Positions 1 through 10,913 of a stretch of DNA of 64,000 bases are shown here, in pieces; the first letter of the stretch is position 1; the number at the start of each line of letters is the position of its first letter. The notes beneath the pieces were generated by a model. That model did not search any database, was not told the DNA's origin, and worked only from the letters and a program-made list of their open reading frames with translations. Source of the DNA: Candidatus Makana argininalis (GTDB lineage Bacteria > Pseudomonadota > Gammaproteobacteria > Enterobacterales > Enterobacteriaceae); assembly GCA_044442785.1 (NCBI GenBank), contig JBISJT010000001.1, forward strand, positions 48,831-112,830. The letters are read 5' to 3'. The translations under genes and the position numbers were made by a program.

Positions 1-1
1 T

Positions 2-262
2 TATACATTAAATAAAAAAAAAAATAGATCTTATATAGAAAATGATTATGATCGTATATTTTTAGGATTAATGAAAGGAATGCAAAATTTTTTTGTAAGT
101 AAAGAAGAAATAGAAGAATCATGGAAATGGATTGATTCTATAATAAAAGCTTGGAATTTAAAAAATGATAAACCTAAACCTTATAAAGCTGGAACATGGG
201 GACCTATCTCATCTTTTAATATGATAAAAAAAGATCATAGGTTTTGGAATAAATATAAATAA
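2..262 (+). CDS. zwf: glucose-6-phosphate 1-dehydrogenase, C-terminal fragment (5' end outside window)
   Basis: The frame is open from nt 2. The translation ..DYDRIFLGLMKGMQNFFVSKEEIEESWKWIDSII..KPYKAGTWGP matches the conserved Zwf C-terminus. TAA stop at 260-262. Confidence 0.8.
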   Translation, partial: YTLNKKKNRSYIENDYDRIFLGLMKGMQNFFVSKEEIEESWKWIDSIIKAWNLKNDKPKPYKAGTWGPISSFNMIKKDHRFWNKYK

Positions 263-369
263 TCTATTCTAATTAGAATAGATTAAAAAATTCAAATATA
301 AAATAAATAATATTAATTATTAATTAAAATAATTTATAAAAATTTATTGATTTATAAGAGTATATTTAA

Positions 370-2088
370 ATGCGTACTTTATATTGTGGAGATGTAAATT
401 TATCTAATGTTGGACAAAAAGTAACATTATGTGGTTGGGTTAATAAATTTCGTAATTTAGGATCATTAATTTTTATAGATCTTCGTGATATAGAAGGAAT
501 AATACAAATAATATTTGATAATAAAATGTTAAAAATTTTTAATTTAGCTGAAAATTTACGTAATGAATATTGTATTAAAATAAAAGGAATTGTTAGAAAA
601 AAACCTGTTTCAAAATTTAATAATGAAATTACTCAAAAAAAAATAGAAGTATTAGCTATTAAATTAAAAATTCTTAATAAATCTAAACCATTTCCTATAG
701 ATTTTAATAAATATAATAGTGAAGATCAAAGAATGAAATTTAGATATCTTGATCTTAGAAGTAGTAATATGGCATATAGGATTAAAACTCGTTCTAAAAT
801 ATCTCACTTAATTCGTAATTTTATGAATTCAAAAAACTTTATTGATATTGAAACACCAATGTTAACTAAATCTACAAATGAAGGATCAAGAGATTATCTT
901 ATTCCTAGTAGAATACATAAAAATAAATTTTATGCATTACCTCAGTCTCCACAACTATTTAAACAAATTTTAATGTTATCAGGATTTGATAAATATTATC
1001 AAATTGCTAAATGTTTTCGTGATGAAGATTTAAGATCAGATAGACAACCAGAATTTACACAAATAGATATTGAAGCATCTTTTATGAAATCATCAAAATT
1101 GCATTTAATAATAGAACAATTAATTAAAAAATTATGGAAAAATATATATGGAATAAATATAGGTAATTTTAAAAGAATTACTTATAAAGATTCTATTAAT
1201 AAATTTGGTTCTGATAAACCAGATTTAAGAAATCCTATGAAATTAATTAATTTAACAAATTTGTTTAAGCAAAATAATATAAATTTTTTCAATAATGTTA
1301 ATAAAAATAAAAATTTTATAATATCATCATTAAAAGTACCAGGGGGTATCAATTTAAGTATAAAAAAAATTAATGATTATAATAATGATATTAAAATATA
1401 TAAAGTAAGTAATTTAATATGGATAAAAATAAAAAATAAAAATATTGGAATAAATGGTATAAAAATTTCAATTAAAAATTTTTTTGATATTAATATTATT
1501 AAAAAAATAATATCTAATACTAAAGCAAAAAATGATGATATAATTTTTATTGTTTCAGGTGATTTTATTAATGTTAATAATGCTTTAGGTTATTTACGTA
1601 ATAAAATTGGATTTGATTTAAAAATAACAAATATTAATTCTTGGAAACCAGTATGGATTATAGATTTTCCAATGTTTTATTTAGGAAAAAATAGTAAGCT
1701 TAAATCTTTTCATCACCCATTTACTTCACCAAAGAATATAAATGATAAAAATATTATAAATGATCCTACCAAAGTCATATCAAATTCTTTTGATATAGTA
1801 ATTAATGGATATGAAATAGGGAGCGGTTCAGTTCGTATTAATAATATAAATGTACAAAAAATTATTTTTAAAATTTTAGGTATTAATAAAATTGAACAAA
1901 AAAAAAAATATGGTTTTTTTCTTAATGCTTTAAAATATGGTGCACCACCTCATATAGGTATTGCATTAGGTTTAGATCGTTTGGTTATGCTGTTAACTGG
2001 AACAAATAATATTCGTGATGTTATTGCTTTTCCAAAAACTACTAATGCAGTAGATCTTATGATTAATGCTCCTAATTTTATAAATTAA
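370..2088 (+). CDS. aspS: aspartate--tRNA ligase
   Basis: 572 aa ORF (E. coli about 590). Class II motifs [27 protein letters not shown] and [11 protein letters not shown] are present. Confidence 0.95.
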   Translation: MRTLYCGDVNLSNVGQKVTLCGWVNKFRNLGSLIFIDLRDIEGIIQIIFDNKMLKIFNLAENLRNEYCIKIKGIVRKKPVSKFNNEITQKKIEVLAIKLKILNKSKPFPIDFNKYNSEDQRMKFRYLDLRSSNMAYRIKTRSKISHLIRNFMNSKNFIDIETPMLTKSTNEGSRDYLIPSRIHKNKFYALPQSPQLFKQILMLSGFDKYYQIAKCFRDEDLRSDRQPEFTQIDIEASFMKSSKLHLIIEQLIKKLWKNIYGINIGNFKRITYKDSINKFGSDKPDLRNPMKLINLTNLFKQNNINFFNNVNKNKNFIISSLKVPGGINLSIKKINDYNNDIKIYKVSNLIWIKIKNKNIGINGIKISIKNFFDINIIKKIISNTKAKNDDIIFIVSGDFINVNNALGYLRNKIGFDLKITNINSWKPVWIIDFPMFYLGKNSKLKSFHHPFTSPKNINDKNIINDPTKVISNSFDIVINGYEIGSGSVRINNINVQKIIFKILGINKIEQKKKYGFFLNALKYGAPPHIGIALGLDRLVMLLTGTNNIRDVIAFPKTTNAVDLMINAPNFIN

Positions 2089-2167
2089 ATTACTTATAAT
2101 AACTAAATATTAATATTTATAGTGATTTATTAAAAATAAATTTAAATTAATAAATAAAAATTTATAA

Positions 2168-2653
2168 GTGAATTATATGACAATAATATTAGGTATTGAT
2201 CCAGGATATAGAATTACAGGATATGGTATTTTACGTGAATATAAAAAAAAATTAATTTATATAAAAAGTGGTTGTATTTTAACCAAATTAAATAATATCA
2301 GTGATAGATTGAAAATTATTTATTCAGAAATAACAAATATAATTAAAAAATTTAAACCTAAATTATTATCAATTGAAAAAGTTTATATTTGTAAGAATAC
2401 AAATTCAATTATCAAACTTAGTCAAGCAAGGGGAGTTGCTATTATAGCAGCTATTAATTTAAATTTATTAATTTTTGAATATACATCTAGTAGGGTTAAA
2501 AAACTTGTAACAGGAATAGGATCATCAAATAAAAATGAAGTTAAAAAAAAAATTATTAAGTTATTTAAACTTAATGATAATATAAAAAATGATGAATCTG
2601 ATGCATTGGCAATGGCTATAGCTCATTTTTATTCACAACATTATTTAATTTAA
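2168..2653 (+). CDS. ruvC: crossover junction endodeoxyribonuclease RuvC
   Basis: 161 aa. It has the N-terminal ILGIDPG..GYG and C-terminal ESDALAMAIAH motifs and follows aspS as in E. coli. The ATG at 2177 is an alternative start. Confidence 0.9.
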   Translation: MNYMTIILGIDPGYRITGYGILREYKKKLIYIKSGCILTKLNNISDRLKIIYSEITNIIKKFKPKLLSIEKVYICKNTNSIIKLSQARGVAIIAAINLNLLIFEYTSSRVKKLVTGIGSSNKNEVKKKIIKLFKLNDNIKNDESDALAMAIAHFYSQHYLI

Positions 2654-2761
2654 AAAAAATACAATAAAATTAATTATATGAAAATAAATATTTAAGATTA
2701 TTTATTTATTATTTTTTTAATAATATTAATTATTTTTAATAATTATTTTAATTAAAAAAAT

Positions 2762-2790
2762 TTGCATTTTATTTATAATTAAAGTATATT
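2762..2790 (+). promoter_or_regulatory. sigma70-like promoter candidate for tRNA-fMet (TTGCAT-17 nt-TATATT)
   Basis: TTGCAT at 2762-2767, a 17-nt spacer, then TATATT at 2785-2790, 12 nt upstream of the mature tRNA 5' end. -10-like strings are common in this AT-rich DNA, so only the -35 box is informative. Confidence 0.35.
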
Positions 2791-2802
2791 GTTCATATTA
2801 GA

Positions 2803-2876
<74 letters not shown>

Positions 2877-2921
2877 TAAAAAAAAATATTATATATAATA
2901 TTTTTTTATTAAATATAAAAT

Positions 2922-3863
2922 ATGAGTTTTTATAAAAATAATTTATATCCAAAAGCCATATTTATTATGGGTCCCACTGCATCAGGAAAAACTAATTTAG
3001 CAATAAATTTAATAAAATATATACCATCTGAAATTATAAGTGTAGATTCAGCTTTAATTTATAAAGAAATGAATATAGGAACAAATAAACCTGATTTAAA
3101 AACTTTATTTGAACATAATCATTATTTAATTAATATTAAAGAACCATTTGAATCTTATTCTTCAATAAATTTTTGTTTAGATGCAATTAATAAAATGAAA
3201 CAAATTACAAAATTAGGTAAAATACCTTTATTAGTCGGGGGTAGTATTCTTTACTTTAAAATGTTAATAGAAGGATTCCCTATATTACCATATCCTGATA
3301 TAAAAATAAGATATTTAATTAAAAAAAAAAAACAAAAAATAGGCAATATCGGATTATATAATATTTTATATAAAATTGATAAAGATACAGCAAAAAAAAT
3401 TCATTTTAATGATTTTAAAAGAATCTCAAGAGCGTTAGAAATTAATTTTATTACAAATAAAAAATTAAAATATTTAATTAATAAAAAATTTAATAAGTTA
3501 AAATATAAAATATATATTTTTTCTATTTTTCCTACAAATATTGAATTAATTTATAATAAAGTTTATACAAGATGTAATAACATGTTAAATAATGGATTTG
3601 AAGATGAAGTTAAACATCTAATAAACATTAAAAAAGTAAATCAAAAAATGGTTTCTATGAAATGTATTGGGTATAAACAAATGTATGAATATATTTTAGG
3701 AAAAATAAAATACGAAAATATGATAATAAACATAATAAGAGCAAATAAAAATTTTATAAAAAAACAAATCAATTGGATTAAAAAAATTAATAATATTAAT
3801 TATATAAATGGAATAAATGTTCAAAATGATATTAAAAATATTTTAAATATAATTAATAAATAA
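2922..3863 (+). CDS. miaA: tRNA dimethylallyltransferase
   Basis: 313 aa (E. coli 316). P-loop GPTASGKT near the N-terminus, plus the SVDSALIYKEMNIGTNKP motif. Confidence 0.9.
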   Translation: MSFYKNNLYPKAIFIMGPTASGKTNLAINLIKYIPSEIISVDSALIYKEMNIGTNKPDLKTLFEHNHYLINIKEPFESYSSINFCLDAINKMKQITKLGKIPLLVGGSILYFKMLIEGFPILPYPDIKIRYLIKKKKQKIGNIGLYNILYKIDKDTAKKIHFNDFKRISRALEINFITNKKLKYLINKKFNKLKYKIYIFSIFPTNIELIYNKVYTRCNNMLNNGFEDEVKHLINIKKVNQKMVSMKCIGYKQMYEYILGKIKYENMIINIIRANKNFIKKQINWIKKINNINYINGINVQNDIKNILNIINK

Positions 3864-3992
3864 TTATTTTGTTTAATAAATAAATAAATTAAAAAAATAT
3901 TTTAAAATAATATATTTATTTGAATTAATATTATTAATTATTTTAAAATTAATTAATTTTAATAAATTAAATTATATTAAATTGTTAAAATC

Positions 3993-4736
3993 ATGTGTAA
4001 AATTATATATGGTATTAACACTATAAATGAAGTTTATAAAACAAACCCAAATATTTTAATATGTATCTATATTTTTAAAAAAAATAATAATTTTCGTTTA
4101 AATAAATTATTAAAAAAAATTTATAATAAAGGAATTAAAATAAAATTAAATAATAATAAATTTTATATAAATAAAATTAATAAAAAAAAACATCAAGGAA
4201 TTTGTGCTCTAATTAAAAAAAAAAAAACAACAAATGAAAATGATTTATTAAATATTTTAAAAAAAAAAAAAAATATTTTAATATTAATTTTAGATGGTAT
4301 AAAAGATCCACGTAATTTAGGTGCTTGTTTAAGATGTGCTGAAGCAGCAGGTGTAAATATTGTTATAATACCTAAAAATAGAACATCTTCTATTAATTCT
4401 ACTGTTATAAAAGTTTCTAGTGGATCAATTTATAATTTAAAAATAATAAAAGTTATTAATATATCTAGAACATTAATTTTGTTAAAAAAACTAAAAGTTT
4501 TTATAATAGGATCTATTATTAATTCTGATAATAATATTTTTAAAGTTAAACTTTCAGGATCATTAGCTTTGGTTGTTGGTTCAGAAGATAAGGGATTGAG
4601 ATATTTAACTAAAAAAAATTGTGATATACTTGTAAGTATACCGATGTTAGGGTCTATTTCTTCATTAAATGTTTCTGTTGCTACAGGAATTTGTCTTTTT
4701 GAAATAATTAGACAACGTATATTTAATATTAAATAA
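3993..4736 (+). CDS. rlmB: 23S rRNA (guanosine2251-2'-O)-methyltransferase RlmB (SpoU family)
   Basis: 247 aa. IYGIN N-terminus, LDGIKDPRNLGACLRCAEAAGV, and C-terminal IPMLGSISSLNVSVATGICLFE, almost as in E. coli RlmB. Confidence 0.85.
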   Translation: MCKIIYGINTINEVYKTNPNILICIYIFKKNNNFRLNKLLKKIYNKGIKIKLNNNKFYINKINKKKHQGICALIKKKKTTNENDLLNILKKKKNILILILDGIKDPRNLGACLRCAEAAGVNIVIIPKNRTSSINSTVIKVSSGSIYNLKIIKVINISRTLILLKKLKVFIIGSIINSDNNIFKVKLSGSLALVVGSEDKGLRYLTKKNCDILVSIPMLGSISSLNVSVATGICLFEIIRQRIFNIK

Positions 4737-4789
4737 AATTTAATAATTTATTTTGAATTAAATATTTATTTTTAAAATATGGTATAAAA

Positions 4790-5794
4790 ATGACAATAAA
4801 AATAGGTATAAATGGTTTTGGACGTATAGGTCGTGTTATATTTAGAGCAGCTCAAGAATTTAAACAAATTCAAATAGTTGGCATAAATGATATAATACCA
4901 ATTGAACATATAGCATATATGTTGAAATTTGATTCAATACATGGAATTTTTAAAAAAAAAATAGAAATACAAAATGATAATTTAATTATTGATAATAATA
5001 AACAAATAAAATGTTTTCATGAAAAAGATCCTAGAAATATAAATTGGAAAAAAATTAATGTAGATGTTGTAGTTGAATCTACTGGATTTTTTTTAAATAA
5101 AGAATATGCTAACTATCATATAGAGTCAGGTGCTAAGAAAGTTGTTATAACCGGTCCATCAATAGATAATACTCCAATGTTTGTTATGGGTGTTAATAAT
5201 AAAACATATAAAAATCAAAAAATAATATCCAATGCATCATGTACTACTAATTGTGTAGCACCTATAGCTAAAATAATAAATGATAATTTTGGAATAATTG
5301 AAGCATTTATGACAACAGTTCATTCTACTACATCAACACAAAAAACAGTTGATAGTGCATCAATAAAAGACTGGAGGGGCGGTAGAAGCGCTTCTTGCAA
5401 TATTATACCTTCTTCTACAGGTGCAGCTATAGCAGTGGGTAAAATAATACCTGATCTTAATGGCAAAATAACTGGAATATCCTTTCGTGTTCCTACAATT
5501 AATGTTTCTGTTATTGATTTAACTATAAGATTAAGAAATCAAACTACATACAAAGAAATTTGTAATGTAATAAAAAAATCATCTCAAAAAGAATTAAAAG
5601 GAATACTGGGTTATACAGATGAAGAAGTTGTTTCAAGTGATTTTAATGGAAATAAATTAATTTCAATATTTGATTCTAAAGCAAGTTTGATGTTAAATAA
5701 AAATTTTGTTAAATTAGTGTCTTGGTATGATAACGAAACAGGTTATTCAAATAAAGTTTTAGAATTAATTTTATATATATCTAATTATAAATAA
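4790..5794 (+). CDS. gapA: glyceraldehyde-3-phosphate dehydrogenase
   Basis: 334 aa. Contains INGFGRIGR and the active-site SNASCTTNC motif. Confidence 0.95.
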   Translation: MTIKIGINGFGRIGRVIFRAAQEFKQIQIVGINDIIPIEHIAYMLKFDSIHGIFKKKIEIQNDNLIIDNNKQIKCFHEKDPRNINWKKINVDVVVESTGFFLNKEYANYHIESGAKKVVITGPSIDNTPMFVMGVNNKTYKNQKIISNASCTTNCVAPIAKIINDNFGIIEAFMTTVHSTTSTQKTVDSASIKDWRGGRSASCNIIPSSTGAAIAVGKIIPDLNGKITGISFRVPTINVSVIDLTIRLRNQTTYKEICNVIKKSSQKELKGILGYTDEEVVSSDFNGNKLISIFDSKASLMLNKNFVKLVSWYDNETGYSNKVLELILYISNYK

Positions 5795-5811
5795 AAAAAA
5801 ATAAATATTTT

Positions 5812-5867
5812 TTTAAATATCAGTCATTATTAAAAAATATTTTTTTTAATTTTGACTGATATTTAAA
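5812..5867 (+). terminator. long AT-rich hairpin downstream of gapA
   Basis: 5812-5826 pairs perfectly with 5853-5867 (15 bp, including CAGTCA/TGACTG). The inner 5829-5837 / 5842-5850 also pair. Confidence 0.4.
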
Positions 5868-6049
5868 TTCTAATTAATATTAAAAATTATTTATTATAAA
5901 TAGAACTAATTTTATCATTAATAAAACAAATTTAATACACATAAAATTTAATTTCACCTTAAATATTAAAAATTATTTAAATTTATTTAAAAAATTTTAA
6001 TTTAATAAAATAAATTATTATTAATTTTAAAAAAAAAATTATATTAATT

Positions 6050-6122
6050 TGGGTCGTACAGGATTTGAACCTGTGACCAATTGATTAAAAGTCAACTGCT
6101 CTACCAACTGAGCTAACGACCC
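6050..6122 (-). tRNA. lysV: tRNA-Lys (UUU)
   Basis: The reverse complement GGGTCGTTAGCTCAGTTGGTAGAGCAGTTGACTTTTAATCAATTGGTCACAGGTTCAAATCCTGTACGACCCA matches E. coli tRNA-Lys. Confidence 0.9.
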
Positions 6123-6130
6123 AATTTAAT

Positions 6131-6203
6131 TAGGTGATGATGGATTTGAACCATCGACCCCCTCCTTGTAAGGGAAGTGCTCTTCCATCTGAGCTAATCA
6201 CCT
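6131..6203 (-). tRNA. valU: tRNA-Val (UAC)
   Basis: The reverse complement AGGTGATTAGCTCAGATGGAAGAGCACTTCCCTTACAAGGAGGGGGTCGATGGTTCAAATCCATCATCACCTA matches E. coli tRNA-Val(UAC). It is divergent from gltX, as in E. coli. Confidence 0.9.
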
Positions 6204-6214
6204 TCATAATCTAT

Positions 6215-6242
6215 TTTATAATTAAAGTACTTAAATAGTCAA
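6215..6242 (-). promoter_or_regulatory. sigma70-like promoter candidate for the tRNA-Val/tRNA-Lys pair (TTGACT-16 nt-TATAAA)
   Basis: On the minus strand, TTGACT lies at 6242-6237, followed by a 16-nt spacer and TATAAA at 6220-6215. The mature tRNA-Val 5' end is 11 nt further on. Confidence 0.4.
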
Positions 6243-6444
6243 CTATTTTGAATAAAAAAAATTTTTTTATTAAAAAAATATTAAATTTATTTAAACAACT
6301 ATAATTAAATTTAATTTTATGATAAAATTTATTTTTTATTTAAAATTATATCATTATTTTAAAAAAATTAATATTATATAAATAATATATTAATAAAAAT
6401 AAATATTTGAACTAATTAAATTTAATTATAAAATTTTTAAAAAT

Positions 6445-7857
6445 ATGATAATTAAAACTCGTTTTGCACCTAGTCCTACTGGAAATCTACATATAGGTAG
6501 TATACGTACTGCTTTATTTTCATGGTTATTTGCTAGAAAAAAAAAAGGAAAATTTGTTTTTAGAATTGAAGATACAGATAATAAACGTTTAAAAAAAAAT
6601 AGTATAAAATCAATAATAAATAGTATGAAATGGTTAAATATAAATTGGGACGAAGGTCCTTATTTTCAAACATTAAGATTAAAACGTTATCAATCGGTTA
6701 TTAAAAATATGATCTTAAATGGAAAAGCATATAAATGCTATTGTTCAATAACAAGATTACAAAATTTAAGAAAAAAACAAATTTATTTAGGAAAAAAACC
6801 TAAATATGATGGTTTTTGTAAAAAAAACATTAATTATTTTGAAAATAAAAATTATGTTGTAAGATTTAAAAATCCTCAAAATGGATCTATAATTTTTCAA
6901 GATATTATTAGAGGTAATATAGAATTTAAAAATAAAGAACTTGATGATTTAATATTACAACGTGCTAATGGTTCATTTACATATAATTTTTGTGTCGTAA
7001 TAGATGATTTAGATATGAATATAAGTCATATTATAAGAGGTGAAGATCATATTAATAATACACCTAGACAAATTAATATTTTAAAATCTATAAATGCAAA
7101 AATACCATTTTATGCTCATTTATCAATTATATTAAATAATAATGGCAAAAAACTTTCAAAAAGAGATAATTCTTTAAATATTTTAAAATTTAAAGATGAA
7201 GGATTTTTGCCAGAAGCTTTATTAAATAATATATTAAGACAGGGTTGGTCACATAAAAATAAAGAAATTTTCAATATAAATGAAATGCAAAAATTATTTA
7301 ATTTAGATTGTATTAGTAAATCACCAAGTTATTTTAATATAAAAAAACTTATTTGGTTAAATAATTTTTATATTAAAAATTTACCTAATAAAAAAATTAT
7401 AGATAATTTATTATTTTATTTTAAAAAAGAAAAAATAAATATAAATTCAGGTCCAAATATATCTAATATTGTAAATATGTTAAAAAATAATTGTAAAACT
7501 TTAAAAGAAATGGTAGATAAATGTCGTTATTTTTATGAAGATTTTAAATATTTTAACAAAGAAGATGCTATTAAATATTTAAATGTATTTAATTTAGAAA
7601 TTTTAAATACAATTTTAAATAAAATTAACAAAATAGACAATTGGAATAAAATTAATATTAAAAATTCTATTTATGAAACATCTTATAAACTTGGAGTTAA
7701 ATTTAATAAAATAAGCATGCCTCTTCGTGTAGCAATTACTGGTAGTAAATGTTCACCTGCAATTGATATTACATTGTATGAAATAGGTCAAATAAGATCT
7801 ATAAATAGAATTAAAGTTGCTATCAATTATATTATTGAAAATAAGAAAATTCAATAA
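6445..7857 (+). CDS. gltX: glutamate--tRNA ligase
   Basis: 470 aa (E. coli 471). RFAPSPTGNLHIGS (HIGH motif) and KLSKR (KMSKS motif) are present. Confidence 0.95.
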   Translation: MIIKTRFAPSPTGNLHIGSIRTALFSWLFARKKKGKFVFRIEDTDNKRLKKNSIKSIINSMKWLNINWDEGPYFQTLRLKRYQSVIKNMILNGKAYKCYCSITRLQNLRKKQIYLGKKPKYDGFCKKNINYFENKNYVVRFKNPQNGSIIFQDIIRGNIEFKNKELDDLILQRANGSFTYNFCVVIDDLDMNISHIIRGEDHINNTPRQINILKSINAKIPFYAHLSIILNNNGKKLSKRDNSLNILKFKDEGFLPEALLNNILRQGWSHKNKEIFNINEMQKLFNLDCISKSPSYFNIKKLIWLNNFYIKNLPNKKIIDNLLFYFKKEKININSGPNISNIVNMLKNNCKTLKEMVDKCRYFYEDFKYFNKEDAIKYLNVFNLEILNTILNKINKIDNWNKINIKNSIYETSYKLGVKFNKISMPLRVAITGSKCSPAIDITLYEIGQIRSINRIKVAINYIIENKKIQ

Positions 7858-7933
7858 TTATAATTAAATAAATATAATTTTATTTTATTTAAAAATAAAT
7901 TTAAAAACTCAAAAAAAAGGATTTAGTATAAAA

Positions 7934-9091
7934 ATGATATTAATATCAGATATTAATATAAAAGGAAAAAAAATTTTAATACGTTCTGATATGAATGTAC
8001 CTATGAAAGATGGTAAAATAATTTCATATACTCGTATTATTAAATCATTAAAAACAATTAAATATGCAATTAAAAAAAAAGCTATTGTTATTATAGCATC
8101 TCATTTAGGAAGACCTAAAGAAGGCAAATATGATAAAAATTTATCTATGAAACCAATAGTAAAATTTTTAAAAAAAAATATTTCTTTACCAATTCGTTTA
8201 GTAAAAAATTACATTAATGGATTAGATATTTTACCAAATTATTTAACAGTTTTAGAAAATGTAAGATTTAATAAAGGTGAAAAAAACAACAATCAAGAAC
8301 TTGCGCAAAAATATTCAAATCTTTGTGATATATTTGTCATGGATGCTTTTGCTTCTGCTCATAGATCAGAATCTTCCACAGTTGGAGTAGGAAATTTATC
8401 TAAAATATCTTGTTGTGGTTTTTTGTTTAAAAATGAAATTAAAAATTTAAGTAAAATTATTAACAATCCTTTACGTCCAATGATATCAATAATTGGTGGT
8501 TCAAAAATATCTACAAAATTGAATATATTAGAATCTTTATCTAAAATTTCAGATAAAATAATAGTTGGAGGTGGTATAGCAAATACTTTTTTAGCATCTA
8601 AAGGATTTAACATAGGTAAATCAATATATGAACATGATTTAATATATTCAGCAAAAAATATTTTGATAAGAAACAAAAATATATTATTACCTGTTGATGT
8701 TAAAGTAAGTAATCAATTTTCTGAATTATCTACTTCATTAACAAAATCAATTAATGATATTACAAATGATGAACAAATATTAGATATAGGTAATTTATCA
8801 ATTAATAATATTTTAAATAATTTAAAACAATCTAAAACAATATTATGGAACGGTCCTTTAGGAGTATTTGAATTTTGTAATTTTAGACAGGGAACACAAT
8901 CAATAGCTAATTTTATATCAAAAAATAATGTATTTTCTGTAGCAGGTGGTGGTGATACAATTGCAGCAATTGAACTTTTTGGTATTTATGATAAAGTATC
9001 ATATATATCTACAGGAGGAGGTTCTTTTTTAAGATTTATAGAAGGTAAAAAATTACCAGTTATTTCAATGCTAGAAAAATATTCAAAATAA
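7934..9091 (+). CDS. pgk: phosphoglycerate kinase
   Basis: 385 aa. Contains RSDMNVP, ASHLGRPKEG and STGGGSFL, and the pgk-fbaA order matches E. coli. Confidence 0.95.
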   Translation: MILISDINIKGKKILIRSDMNVPMKDGKIISYTRIIKSLKTIKYAIKKKAIVIIASHLGRPKEGKYDKNLSMKPIVKFLKKNISLPIRLVKNYINGLDILPNYLTVLENVRFNKGEKNNNQELAQKYSNLCDIFVMDAFASAHRSESSTVGVGNLSKISCCGFLFKNEIKNLSKIINNPLRPMISIIGGSKISTKLNILESLSKISDKIIVGGGIANTFLASKGFNIGKSIYEHDLIYSAKNILIRNKNILLPVDVKVSNQFSELSTSLTKSINDITNDEQILDIGNLSINNILNNLKQSKTILWNGPLGVFEFCNFRQGTQSIANFISKNNVFSVAGGGDTIAAIELFGIYDKVSYISTGGGSFLRFIEGKKLPVISMLEKYSK

Positions 9092-9194
9092 TTTTTATAA
9101 AAAAAAATTATATTTAAATAATTAATTTAATAATATTTAAAAAATTTAATTAATAAAATAAATTTCAAGATTTTATAAAAAGGAATTAATTATT

Positions 9195-10277
9195 ATGTCT
9201 AAAATTTTAGACTTTGTAAAACCAGGAGTAGTGACTGGTAATGATGTTCAGAAAATTTATAATTATGCTAAAAAAAATATTTTTGCTATTCCTGCCGTAA
9301 ATTGTATCAGTACTGATTCAATAAATGCTGCTTTAGAAACAGCTGCTAAAGTACGATCTCCTATAATAATTCAATTTTCCAATAGTGGTTCAAAATTTAT
9401 ATTAGGTAATGGTATTAATAAAAATAATAAAAATCAAAATAATGCTGTAATAGGAGCAGTATGTGGTGCTCTTTATGTTCATCAAGTTTCATCTTATTAT
9501 GGAATCCCTGTGATATTAAATACAGATCATTGTTGTAAAAATTTACTTCCTTGGATTGATGGAATGTTAGAATATGGAGAAAAATATTATTCTATTACTG
9601 GTAAATCTTTATTTTCTTCACATATGATAGATTTATCTATGAATACTATAGAAAATAATGTTAATTTAAGCTCTAAATATTTTAGTAGAATGTCTAAAAT
9701 TGATATGACTTTAGAAATTGAATTAGGTTGCACAGGAGGAGAAGAAGATGGAATAGACAATAGTAATATTGATAATTCTTTTTTATATACTAATCCTGAA
9801 GATATATCATATGTTTATAAAAATCTTATCAAAATAAGTCCAAGATTTATTATTGCAGCTGCTTTTGGTAATGTTCATGGTGTATATAAATATGGTAATG
9901 TTAAATTAAAACCTATTATACTTTATAACGCACAGAAATATATTTCCGAGAAATTTAATTTACCCTTAAATACATTAAATTTAGTATTTCATGGTGGGTC
10001 TGGTTCTAATAAAGAAGAAATAAAACAATCTATAAAATATGGTGTTGTAAAAATAAATATCGATACTGATATTCAATGGTCAACATGGAAAGGTATTTTA
10101 AAATATTATAAAAAAAATAAAGATTATTTAAAAACACAATTAGGAAATAAAAAAGGTTTATTTATTCCAAATAAAAAATACTATGATCCTAGATCATGGA
10201 TACGTTATAGTCAAATTTCTATTAAAAAACGTTTAGAATTATATTTCAAATTATTTAATGCTGTTAATGTTTTGTAA
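9195..10277 (+). CDS. fbaA: fructose-bisphosphate aldolase class II
   Basis: 360 aa (E. coli 359). Contains AIPAVNC, LNTDHC and FHGGSGS. Confidence 0.9.
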   Translation: MSKILDFVKPGVVTGNDVQKIYNYAKKNIFAIPAVNCISTDSINAALETAAKVRSPIIIQFSNSGSKFILGNGINKNNKNQNNAVIGAVCGALYVHQVSSYYGIPVILNTDHCCKNLLPWIDGMLEYGEKYYSITGKSLFSSHMIDLSMNTIENNVNLSSKYFSRMSKIDMTLEIELGCTGGEEDGIDNSNIDNSFLYTNPEDISYVYKNLIKISPRFIIAAAFGNVHGVYKYGNVKLKPIILYNAQKYISEKFNLPLNTLNLVFHGGSGSNKEEIKQSIKYGVVKINIDTDIQWSTWKGILKYYKKNKDYLKTQLGNKKGLFIPNKKYYDPRSWIRYSQISIKKRLELYFKLFNAVNVL

Positions 10278-10301
10278 TAATTAAAAATATTAATTTTTTT
10301 T

Positions 10302-10469
10302 TTATTTTATTTTCTTTTCATTATAAATTACGTGTTTTTTTAAAATTGGATCATATTTTTTTATTGATAATTTTTTTAATAAATTTTTTTTATTTTTAGT
10401 AGTAGTATAAAAATGTTTTGTTCCTGATGAAGATAAAAGTTTAATTATTTTGATTTTTTTTTTAGACAT
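10302..10469 (-). CDS. rpmG: 50S ribosomal protein L33 (55 aa, below the ORF-track cut-off)
   Basis: My own translation is [55 protein letters not shown], versus E. coli [55 protein letters not shown]. It sits directly downstream of rpmB, as in E. coli. Confidence 0.85.
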   Translation of the reverse strand: MSKKKIKIIKLLSSSGTKHFYTTTKNKKNLLKKLSIKKYDPILKKHVIYNEKKIK

Positions 10470-10488
10470 TAATTACTTTCCTTTTTAT

Positions 10489-10722
10489 TTAGTTTTTTTT
10501 GTTTAATTTAATTTTATTTAAAACTTTTTCAATACCTTTTTTATTTATAATACGAATACCTTTAGAAGATACACGAATAGATATAAATTTTTTTTTACTG
10601 TTTAACCAAAAACGATGATAATTAATATTAGTTAAAAATTTTCTTTTAGTTTTATTCATTGAATGTGATTTATTATTTCCACTAATTGTTTTTTTTCCTG
10701 TTACTTTACATATTCTTGACAT
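10489..10722 (-). CDS. rpmB: 50S ribosomal protein L28
   Basis: [29 protein letters not shown] matches the L28 N-terminus. The track ORF begins 3 codons upstream (10731); I prefer the ATG at 10722. Confidence 0.9.
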   Translation of the reverse strand: MSRICKVTGKKTISGNNKSHSMNKTKRKFLTNINYHRFWLNSKKKFISIRVSSKGIRIINKKGIEKVLNKIKLNKKN

Positions 10723-10913
10723 AATTTTCATCCTTTAATTTTAATTTAAATTAAATTTATTTAATATTTTTTAAAAAATTAATAAAATTAAAAATTAATT
10801 TAAATTATATTAAAAATTATTTATAAAATATAACATTTTTTAATTAAAAATTAAATAACTTTTTAAAAATTATTAAAATAAATATATTTATTAATAATTA
10901 TATTTGGTGAAAA

